In this document: positions 56,935-64,000 of the stretch, piece by piece
How positions within the stretch are numbered: the first letter of the stretch is position 1
How the letters are laid out: each line of letters opens with the position of its first letter
UHGV virus genome: UHGV-1882326
DNA from: a virus
Reading direction: 5' to 3' (one strand)
Length of the DNA stretch: 64,000 nucleotides
Notes under the pieces: model-generated
What the model was told of the DNA's origin: nothing
The model's input: the letters and a program-made list of their open reading frames with translations, nothing else
Databases searched by the model: none
Made by a program: the position numbers and the translations under genes

Positions 56935-57870
56935 ATGATAGAAATTGGTAGGACTTATCGTTATAAAGAACTTTGTGAAGCTATAGGAAAAGATAATGTT
57001 ATAGGTTCTTATAAAACTACTTTACTTAAAAGTATTTATAAAGATTATGAAGTAATTCATAAAAACGGCTTTTATAAAATCATAAGAAAATATTCACAAC
57101 AAGAAAAAGATGCAAAAGAGATTAAAGGAATGTATCAAAAACTGCTTGAAGCTATATTAAGTAATTTTCTATCTCAACAAGATAATTATTCAGTTTGTAC
57201 CTCAATGATGGAATTACTTTTAGCTTGTGGGATTATCAATACAGATTTTAAATACTGTAGGTATAATATTGATTCTTCTTCTAAAATACTTAAAAGCGAC
57301 CCTTATGATTTAGAAGAATATATTACAAAATCTTATAATCTCCTTAGTCGAATGTTTAAAGATATTCTCGACCAACTTGAAAGTAAAGCTCTAATCAAAT
57401 GCCGAAAAGGTTACAAGCTGTTCAAAGTCAATAACATGGGGTTACAAAGCGGTAGTAAGGTGGTAACTCTTGGCTCAAAAGAGGAAACGATAATTATCAA
57501 GGCTGAGGAAGAAGGACTTAAGGAAATGGGTCTTACTAAGCTATTTGAAGTATATAGAAACGAAATTAGTATTGAAACATTTAAAAAAATCACAAACAGG
57601 AAGATAAAAGAACAGTTTCCAGATTATGACGGTTATTACAAAGTATATCATATCACTTTAAATCGCACAGGACTTTGGGAGAACAAGAATAATATTTATA
57701 AAGAACTTAACAAAAAAATTCAAACTAAGTTATTAAAGAATAAAGGTTTATCTGAAATAACGCAATTAAAGAAAATGGTAGACGCTACAATTAATTTATC
57801 CAGACCATTTAAAATACAAGAAAATTTAAAGCTTATGAAAAAGTTGGAAGGAGAGAATAACAATGAGTGA
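56935..57870 (+). CDS. Hypothetical early protein, paralog B of 55100..56113
   Basis: The start MIEIGRTYRYKEL lies 1 nt after the upstream stop (the track begins at 56833). Confidence 0.5.
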   Translation: MIEIGRTYRYKELCEAIGKDNVIGSYKTTLLKSIYKDYEVIHKNGFYKIIRKYSQQEKDAKEIKGMYQKLLEAILSNFLSQQDNYSVCTSMMELLLACGIINTDFKYCRYNIDSSSKILKSDPYDLEEYITKSYNLLSRMFKDILDQLESKALIKCRKGYKLFKVNNMGLQSGSKVVTLGSKEETIIIKAEEEGLKEMGLTKLFEVYRNEISIETFKKITNRKIKEQFPDYDGYYKVYHITLNRTGLWENKNNIYKELNKKIQTKLLKNKGLSEITQLKKMVDATINLSRPFKIQENLKLMKKLEGENNNE

Positions 57871-58111
57871 GATTAAAAAAGTAGAAAATGGTGTTACAAC
57901 TAAGTACAAAGGTGTATGGAACGCTACAATCTGTGTTGAAGAAAATTTTACAAGTGATGAATTTACAGAAGAAGATTTACATGATTTTGCAAATAGATGT
58001 GGTAAATATACTGAGGAAAAATTACAGAAAGTTGTTGAAGAAATTTTGTCAAAATCTTTAGATGGTAAAGTAAGTGTAAGTAATTTCAATTATAATTTTT
58101 ATGAAATTTAA
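57863..58111 (+). CDS. Hypothetical small acidic protein
   Basis: 82 aa, overlapping the upstream stop. Confidence 0.4.
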   Translation: MSEIKKVENGVTTKYKGVWNATICVEENFTSDEFTEEDLHDFANRCGKYTEEKLQKVVEEILSKSLDGKVSVSNFNYNFYEI

Positions 58112-58225
58112 AATAAATAATAATAAAACGGAATATATTAACGAAAATAAATAAAACAATAAAATAAATCAGAAAGGATAGGTTAGGGTAGCTACTAAGG
58201 ACATGTCACCTTTCTGGTAAATAAA

Positions 58226-58831
58226 ATGGAGAATAAAGTATTAGCAGGTGCGAAACTTGCAGGTGGAAATCCAGAAAACGGACGAGTTGAAAATGATTAT
58301 TACGCAACCAATCCAGAAGCGGTAAAAATGTTATTAACTAAGTATACATTTGATGCGCATACAATCCTAGAACCTTGTGTTGGCGGTGGGCATATTGCCA
58401 ATGCAATCAATGATTTCTATGTAAACAAAAGAGAAATTACAGGGATAGACTTAGTAGATCGAGGATATCCTGGAACAATTGTTGCTGATTTTCTCACATA
58501 TAAAACTGATAAAAAATATGAAGGAATTATCACAAATCCACCGTACTCGCTCGCAAAGGAATTTGTAGAAAAGGGTATGGAGTTACTGGAAGATGATGGT
58601 CAAATGGCTATGTTTCTCAAAATCCAGTTCTTAGAAGGTGCTAAGAGGAAGGAGTTATTTGACAAATATCCGCCGAAGTACATTTATGTTTTCAGAAACA
58701 GAATGGCGACTTGGAATAGTGGATTAGAGAAAGACCCAAAGACAGGAAAACGTTGGGCGACAACAATGTGTCATGCATGGTTCGTTTGGGAGAAAGGAAG
58801 CACATCTGAACCGGTAGTAAGATGGTTATAG
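58226..58831 (+). CDS. Small phage-type N6-adenine DNA methyltransferase (DYYATNP + NPPY), paralog of 2904..3425
   Basis: It has NDYYATNPEAV and ITNPPYSLAKEF. An 8-bp stem hairpin (cagaaagg...cctttctg) sits in the leader and there is no Shine-Dalgarno sequence. Confidence 0.65.
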   Translation: MENKVLAGAKLAGGNPENGRVENDYYATNPEAVKMLLTKYTFDAHTILEPCVGGGHIANAINDFYVNKREITGIDLVDRGYPGTIVADFLTYKTDKKYEGIITNPPYSLAKEFVEKGMELLEDDGQMAMFLKIQFLEGAKRKELFDKYPPKYIYVFRNRMATWNSGLEKDPKTGKRWATTMCHAWFVWEKGSTSEPVVRWL

Positions 58832-58974
58832 TATGTAATGCTACTATATATAGTGACTGCCATTAGGATAATATACAATATATATGGGAATAATTTGTAT
58901 TCTATTAGTAATAACAGTAATTGGAATACTTGCATTACCAGATGTATTAAGTGCTTGGTCAGCAATGAGATTAA

Positions 58975-59685
58975 ATGAAAAACGGGAGGAGAATGAAGAC
59001 GATGAAAACGATTTTTAATTGGATTGCAGATGATTGGCGTAGGGTAAAAAATCATTGTAGAACCACAGATAATAAGGATTTTACAGAAAAAGATGCAACT
59101 GACACTTTTAAAAAAAATTTGCTTATTTCTGAACATAGTCCTATTAGATTGCTTGAATTTGATTGGACTTGGAAAGCAATTAAATACTGGCTTAGTACTG
59201 AAATGAGCCGTCATAAATATGAAAAGTTTATATCTACAGCAAGAGATGATAGGGGATTTTCAGAAAGAAAAACAGAAGAGGGATATACAGTATGGGACGA
59301 AGCTACAAAACAGAACATTGAATATCACCCATTATCCAGAGATGACGCTCCACAGAAAAATCCTGTAAATTTTGATGGGTACGCTAACATGCAGAATTTA
59401 ATTGACGTTTGGCGTAAGAGATTATGCTTCTGTTGTACTAAAGATGCAAGAGAATTGGCAGAAGATTTTAAATATGTTTTACATGAAACTCACCCTATTG
59501 AAGCTGATGTATTACAGAAAAATTGTATATACAGATGTGGTTGTCCAGAGTTTAAATCTTGTGGATATTGGGAAAATTTTTGTAAAAAATACAGTAAAGA
59601 AGATTTGACAAATATTCAGACAAGATATGATTTGGCTAATAAAGAGTTTTATGAGAATTATAAAAAGAGGGATAAATCATGTTAA
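58975..59685 (+). CDS. Cys-rich hypothetical protein
   Basis: The likely start is at 59002 (MKTIFNW), which follows GGGAGGAG. The C-terminus has CFCC...C..C clusters. Confidence 0.45.
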   Translation: MKNGRRMKTMKTIFNWIADDWRRVKNHCRTTDNKDFTEKDATDTFKKNLLISEHSPIRLLEFDWTWKAIKYWLSTEMSRHKYEKFISTARDDRGFSERKTEEGYTVWDEATKQNIEYHPLSRDDAPQKNPVNFDGYANMQNLIDVWRKRLCFCCTKDARELAEDFKYVLHETHPIEADVLQKNCIYRCGCPEFKSCGYWENFCKKYSKEDLTNIQTRYDLANKEFYENYKKRDKSC

Positions 59686-59909
59686 GAGAAAAACTTGAAA
59701 AATATTTAGGAAAGCATATTGGAATTAGATTGTTTGATGGCAATGTTTATAATGGATATTTATGCAAGTCTGGAAATAAAGAACGCTTTCCAAATGACCC
59801 TAACTTATATATACCAAAAAATTATTATTTTCTAGTAGACAAAAATGATAATGTAATTTCTTGTTTGTTTAGAAGTTCTCATGTTACACGATTGCTTGTA
59901 AAAGAATAG
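59679..59909 (+). CDS. Hypothetical
   Basis: 76 aa with an ATGTTAA overlap. Confidence 0.4.
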   Translation: MLREKLEKYLGKHIGIRLFDGNVYNGYLCKSGNKERFPNDPNLYIPKNYYFLVDKNDNVISCLFRSSHVTRLLVKE

Positions 59910-59917
59910 GAGAAATT

Positions 59918-60454
59918 ATGGCTAACAAATATTATTACACCGCTTGTCTTAAAAAAGATGATGATAGTGGGGTTATTAAAGATAAAAGAAACGAATACAA
60001 CGAAGCCCTAAAAGATTTAGTTGAATTAAATAATGACTATAATTACAGAATACTTAATAATACTATTACTTTTATAGGTATAATTAAACATAAAGCAAAT
60101 GAAAGTCCTTTTGACAGAATAAGAGATTTAAACGAAAATCTTACTTTGGATGTTTACACTAGAATTGTAAACGCTATGGATAAATTGAGAAAGAAAGACG
60201 AAAAATATATAAGTATCGAGGGAATTAGTGGTGGTATATCAAAAGATTATATGTGTTCTAAAAGAGTAAGATATAATTGTAATATAGCTTTTGACATAGA
60301 AGCCTATTATGACGGAGATTCATTTGCTTTATTTGAGTTTCAGATATATTTAAAAAGAAAAGATAAATATGAAGATTGCTGTACTTTACCAAGTTATTTT
60401 GGAGAACAGCAAGAAAAAGCTTTGCGAGAATTTATAAATATGTATATTGATTAA
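59918..60454 (+). CDS. Hypothetical
   Basis: 178 aa with a GGAG ribosome-binding site. Confidence 0.45.
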   Translation: MANKYYYTACLKKDDDSGVIKDKRNEYNEALKDLVELNNDYNYRILNNTITFIGIIKHKANESPFDRIRDLNENLTLDVYTRIVNAMDKLRKKDEKYISIEGISGGISKDYMCSKRVRYNCNIAFDIEAYYDGDSFALFEFQIYLKRKDKYEDCCTLPSYFGEQQEKALREFINMYID

Positions 60455-60459
60455 GGAGA

Positions 60460-60744
60460 ATGATTATGAAAGAATTAAAAGAAACAGTAGACATGATGAA
60501 CAGTGAAGATTATAAAGAAAGATTTAAAGCTGAATATTGGCAGACTTATATCAGATATGAAAAATTAACAAAAATGGTTGAAAACTGGGAGAAAGGTGAA
60601 TTAAATTTTACACCTACTTGTGATAAAAAAATATATAAGACACAGTTACTTCATATGGCTAACTATCTTAGTATTCTTAGAGTAAGAGCAAAGATTGAAA
60701 ACGTAGATTTAGGAATTGAGGAAGAAAATGAAAAAGACTGTTAA
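60460..60744 (+). CDS. Hypothetical
   Basis: 94 aa. Confidence 0.4.
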   Translation: MIMKELKETVDMMNSEDYKERFKAEYWQTYIRYEKLTKMVENWEKGELNFTPTCDKKIYKTQLLHMANYLSILRVRAKIENVDLGIEEENEKDC

Positions 60745-61024
60745 TAATTCTACAAAGTTAAGTCAAGAAGAATTTGTTTTGTTTAGTAAAAGAATGATTC
60801 AAAGATACTATACAGAATTGTTTGGTGGCAATACAGTATCATCTGATGAAATATTTTTAGTATGGTATTGTAAGACTTTACAGAATCATAAGGCGTTACT
60901 GGGTGTTATTGGTCAATATGATGAATATTTTGAAGCTATCTATGACGGTGATAATAATAAAGTCTATCTGGACGTATATAAGAAAGATAAGAATATTGTA
61001 GCTGAACCGATACGAATTGAATAA
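60716..61024 (+). CDS. Hypothetical
   Basis: 102 aa, overlapping the upstream ORF by 29 nt. Confidence 0.4.
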   Translation: MRKKMKKTVNNSTKLSQEEFVLFSKRMIQRYYTELFGGNTVSSDEIFLVWYCKTLQNHKALLGVIGQYDEYFEAIYDGDNNKVYLDVYKKDKNIVAEPIRIE

Positions 61025-61063
61025 AAAAGAATAAAAAGTTTTAAAATTTTTGAAAAAAGTTCT

Positions 61064-61098
61064 TGACGGATTAAGGAAAGTATGATATAGTATAAACA
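61064..61098 (+). promoter_or_regulatory. Promoter (TTGACG-17-TATAGT)
   Basis: gttcTTGACGgattaaggaaagtatgaTATAGT. An approximately 760-nt non-coding leader follows. Confidence 0.5.
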
Positions 61099-61825
61099 TA
61101 GCAAACGAGAGAACAAGTAAATGAGTAAACGTAGTTAATTATTTAGTCGAAAATTTACAGAGTTTGACAGTTGCTAAAGTAACTAAATTTATAGGTTTTG
61201 CATGAGGAAGAGTTATTGTGTATAAGGGCAGCCGAATGTAATTAAAATCTACGGAGAACAAACTCCGGTAAAAACCGTACTATGAAAGTGGTGTATATCT
61301 TTTTTGTTAGGTTCAGCTTTTATCTAAATCGTGTGTAGACGAAGAAAAGATATATAAAAGCAAAAATAGGTTTTTTCTCTGAATCATGTTAAATCGGCGG
61401 TTGGTTGGTTATTAAGTGTAAGCGCAAACACGTAATAACGCAACATGATGTGTCACTACTCACAACCGCTTTTGGTATGCTATCCACACATACCAAAGCC
61501 TCCTAATTCGCAATACAAAAGATTAATTTTCTCCTTTTTGACTAGCAACTTTTCTGGTAGATGGACGTGAATAGTCAAAGATGGCAACTTGTTTTATCGA
61601 GGAATAAGTTGCCACATACATAGTAATTGAAAACTGAATATTTGAGATTACTAAAAAATCCGTTAATAATGAAAATGCTAAGTATTCATAGATACGATAA
61701 ATATTTAGCTTAAAATGTTATTAAAAACCTACTCTGTAGAGATATAAACCATGGCAGTGAGAACGTATCTAGTCTGTGATTACAGAATATTATCCTTTGG
61801 TAGCGGTTGAGGGGATATTAATTAA

Positions 61826-61897
61826 AGGGCATTAGCCAAGCGGAAAGGCAAAACACTTTGACTGTTTCATGCGTAGGTCCGAATCCTACATGCCCTG
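61826..61897 (+). tRNA. tRNA-Gln(UUG) candidate (atypical T-loop TCCGAAT, short D-arm)
   Basis: The acceptor stem AGGGCAT/ATGCCCT is 7 bp. The anticodon stem is AAACA/TGTTT with loop CTTTGAC, and the T-stem is GTAGG/CCTAC. The sequence is 72 nt, has a discriminator G and does not encode CCA. Confidence 0.5.
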
Positions 61898-61927
61898 TTT
61901 ATAAAAATAAATGTTTGGTGATTAAAA

Positions 61928-62725
61928 ATGAATACTAATATTAAATATTATGAACGTAAAGTTCCAATAGTTGATACTTATTCTGTTAAAGAATTAGAAG
62001 AAATTGTGAAAAATTCATATTCTTTTAAAGAAGTAATTTTAAAATTGGGATATAAAACGCAGAATGGAAGTAATATAAAAACAGTAAGAAACAGATTAGA
62101 AAACTTAAACATTGATTATAGTCATTTTGCTTCTACTATGCAAATAAAAAGAACCTATGAAAATGTATTTTGTAAAAATAGTACAGCTACACAGCATGTT
62201 TTAAGACGGTGGTATAAGAAAATAAGTAATGATAATATTTGTACTATTTGCGGACAGGATAAAATCTGGAATAATAAAGAATTGACTATGATTTTAGACC
62301 ACATTGATGGCGACAATCATAACAATGTAACTTCAAATCTACGGTGGATTTGTCCTAATTGCAACAGTCAGTTGCCTACATTTGCAGGCAGAAATTTAAG
62401 AAAAGGTGAAAAAACTGATAATAGTAATATTGGTTATTCTCCTACAAAAATTAGAAATGTAAAGTTAAAACATACAAGAGAAAAGAAAATTTGTCCTATT
62501 TGCAACAAAAATATCCTTTCTAACAGTGATAATAAAATGTGTATTGATTGCTACAAAAATTATCAATCCAGAAATATTCCTGCTAAAGAAGAGTTAGAAA
62601 AATTAATTTATAATACGCCTTTTGTAAAAATTGGTAAAAAATACGGGGTATCAGATAACGCTGTAAGAAATTGGTGTAAGAAATACGGCTTACCTTATAA
62701 ATATAATGATTTACACAAAAGATAA
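61928..62725 (+). CDS. HNH homing endonuclease flanked by tRNA genes
   Basis: The HNH/Zn motif is LDHIDGDNHNNVTSNLRWICPNCN with additional CPICN...CIDC. The C-terminal VSDNAVRNWCKKYGL is HTH-like. Confidence 0.7.
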   Translation: MNTNIKYYERKVPIVDTYSVKELEEIVKNSYSFKEVILKLGYKTQNGSNIKTVRNRLENLNIDYSHFASTMQIKRTYENVFCKNSTATQHVLRRWYKKISNDNICTICGQDKIWNNKELTMILDHIDGDNHNNVTSNLRWICPNCNSQLPTFAGRNLRKGEKTDNSNIGYSPTKIRNVKLKHTREKKICPICNKNILSNSDNKMCIDCYKNYQSRNIPAKEELEKLIYNTPFVKIGKKYGVSDNAVRNWCKKYGLPYKYNDLHKR

Positions 62726-62830
62726 TTAATTTATTATGTTTAAGTCTTGTTGGAAAGAATTAGTAGATATTATAGGTAATCTATTAAACAATGCAAGTTC
62801 AACTCTTGCACCTAAATTTTTATCATAAAC

Positions 62831-62904
62831 GGAACAATATTTCAACTGGTTAGAAAGTTCGGCTCATAACCGAAAAGTTATAGGTTCGAGTCCTATTTGT
62901 TCCA
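62831..62904 (+). tRNA. tRNA-Met/Ile2 (anticodon CAU)
   Basis: It forms a cloverleaf with acceptor GGAACAA/TTGTTCC, D-stem TTTC/GAAA with a GG loop, anticodon stem TTCGG/CCGAA with loop CTCATAA, and T-arm ATAGG-TTCGAGT-CCTAT. The discriminator is A. Confidence 0.75.
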
Positions 62905-63010
62905 TTAGAAGAATAATTAGTATTGAAATACACCACCTTATAATTGTAATGACGTTCTCCCCCTAAAATAACGTTTATTACTGCAATATTAATTGTTCTT
63001 CACAATACAA

Positions 63011-63069
63011 AACAGTAATACAGTATAACAACTCCCACCACCAATGTTTATGCTGTATTACTGTTTTTT
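63011..63069 (+). terminator. Strong intrinsic terminator
   Basis: An ~18-bp stem pairs AACAGTAATACAGTATAA with TTATGCTGTATTACTGTT, followed by TTTTTTA. Confidence 0.6.
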
Positions 63070-63084
63070 ATAGAACAGTAAGCC

Positions 63085-63115
63085 AAAAACCCCCATTAGC
63101 TTTAGCTGATGGGAA
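63085..63115 (+). repeat. Hairpin motif copy C (CCCCATTAGCTTTAGCTGATGGG) in the TnpB3 leader
   Basis: It is identical to the transcript-sense form of copy A, about 45 nt upstream of the TnpB3 ATG. Confidence 0.5.
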
Positions 63116-63156
63116 GAATAGCGGAGAACAATTAACTGAGAGTGAGGTGATTATAG

Positions 63157-64000
63157 ATGTTGGTAGCATACAAATACAGATTGTATCCGAATAAAGAACA
63201 ACAAGAATATTTTGCTAAATGTTTTGGGTGTGTACGATTTATCTATAATCGTATGCTTTCAGATAAGATTGACTATTATAAAGAAACAAAGAAAAAGCTG
63301 AATAATACACCTGCTCAGTACAAGAAAAAGTTTGAGTGGCTAAAAGAAGTAGATTCACTTGCATTAGCAAATGCTCAAATGCTCAAATGAATTTGCAGAC
63401 AGCCTATAACAATTTTTTCAAATGTCCAGAAGTGGGTTTTCCAAAATTCAAAAGCAAGAAGAATAATCACTTCTCTTATACTACAAATAATCAGGGAGGA
63501 AACATTTATGTGACAGACCGATACATAAAACTCCCTAAGATTGGACTTGTTAGAGTTCGGAAACATAGAGATTTTGAAGGACTAATTAAGTCTGTTACTA
63601 TTTCTAAAAGTCCGTCTGGTAAATACTTTGTTTCAGTATTAGTAGACCAAAAAGATAAAGAAAAATTAATTCCAAACAATAACCAAATTGGAATTGATTT
63701 AGGTATTAAAGAATTTTGTATTACTTCTGATGGAGAGATGATTCAAAATCCAAAGTTTCTTAGAAAGTCTGAAAAGAAATTAAGAAAATTACAAAAGGAT
63801 TTATCTCGTTGTCAAAAAGGAAGTAAAAATAGAGAAAAATGCAGAATTAAAGTCGCAAGACAACATGAAAAGATTGCAAATCAACGTAAAGATTTTCTAC
63901 ATAAGTTATCTAGGCGATTTATTAATGAAAACCAAATCATTGCATTAGAAACTTTGAAAATTAAAAATATGATGAGTAATCATAAATTAGCAAAATCAAT
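63157..64000 (+). pseudogene. tnpB: TnpB (IS605 OrfB family), copy 3, frameshifted by an 8-bp tandem duplication and running off the window end
   Basis: MLVAYKYRLYPNKEQQ is intact to 63390, where a stop appears inside the tandem repeat ATGCTCAA ATGCTCAA (63371-63386). The TnpB frame continues from 63388 to 64000 as NLQTAYNNFFKCPEVGFPKFKSK...GIDLGIKEF.... Confidence 0.7.

Noticed and set aside
58975-59685. Flavin-dependent thymidylate synthase (ThyX) suggested by an SRHKYEK segment
   Set aside because: The RHRxxS ThyX signature is not actually present. The protein is Cys-rich at its C-terminus and is better left as hypothetical.
61398-61470. 72-nt segment closed by a 7-bp stem (GCGGTTG/CAACCGC) that looks tRNA-sized
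   Set aside because: It has no T-loop consensus and no D- or anticodon-arm pairing, so it is not a tRNA. It is noted only as part of the structured leader.
1-64000. CRISPR arrays, integrase or attachment sites
   Set aside because: No regularly spaced direct repeats and no tyrosine or serine recombinase motifs were found in any frame. Prophage boundaries cannot be placed within this window.

Overview
This is a low-GC (about 30%) window that is almost entirely tailed-phage DNA, either a prophage or a phage genome, from a Firmicute that is probably clostridial. The clostridial guess rests on the endolysin's cell-wall-binding repeats and on an IStron of the kind first described in Clostridioides difficile.

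Layout:
- Left end, 1-5.5 kb: a strand-switching accessory region with the anaerobic ribonucleotide reductase tail (nrdD C-terminus plus nrdG), Cys-rich proteins, a classic Dam methyltransferase, a small phage-type N6-adenine MTase and a dUTPase with an N-terminal extension.
- 5.6-7.1 kb, minus strand: two small membrane proteins and an NlpC/P60 endolysin with choline-binding-type repeats.
- 7.3-10.4 kb: a moron cluster with a lipoprotein, an IS4-like DDE transposase and an XRE regulator.
- 10.5-47.6 kb, all minus strand: one long late operon. In transcription order it runs two HU-like proteins, a putative TerS, TerL, a portal, protease/scaffold, the major capsid, a free-standing homing-endonuclease-like gene, head-tail genes, an Ig-domain major tail protein, a MazF/EndoA-like toxin with XhlA/XhlB-like membrane proteins, a RuvC-like resolvase, a 1553-aa tape measure, baseplate proteins, a Gly-rich fiber and a tail fiber carrying Phage_fiber_2 repeats.
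- The portal is split by an IStron (a group I intron ribozyme core followed by an IS605-type TnpB).
- 47.8-54.5 kb, minus strand: a second TnpB-only IS605-family element, two HNH homing endonucleases and a 504-aa unknown protein.
- 54.5-55.1 kb: a divergent control region containing a GC-rich structured island.
- 55.1-61 kb, plus strand: early-type genes, including a paralogous pair flanking a P-loop dNMP-kinase-like gene and a second phage-type N6-adenine MTase.
- 61-63 kb: a promoter-to-terminator unit with a long non-coding leader, a tRNA-Gln(UUG) candidate, a third HNH endonuclease and a tRNA-Met/Ile(CAU).
- Window end: a frameshifted third TnpB running off the window.

Most noteworthy, in my view, are an antitoxin-less MazF-like toxin cassette inside the tail module, the IStron in the portal gene, and two recurring sequence families: a CCCATTAGCTTTAGCTGATGGG hairpin upstream of three genes, and an ATTGACTTT extended -35 element at seven promoters.

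All calls come from reading the sequence and from remembered family motifs. No database search was run.
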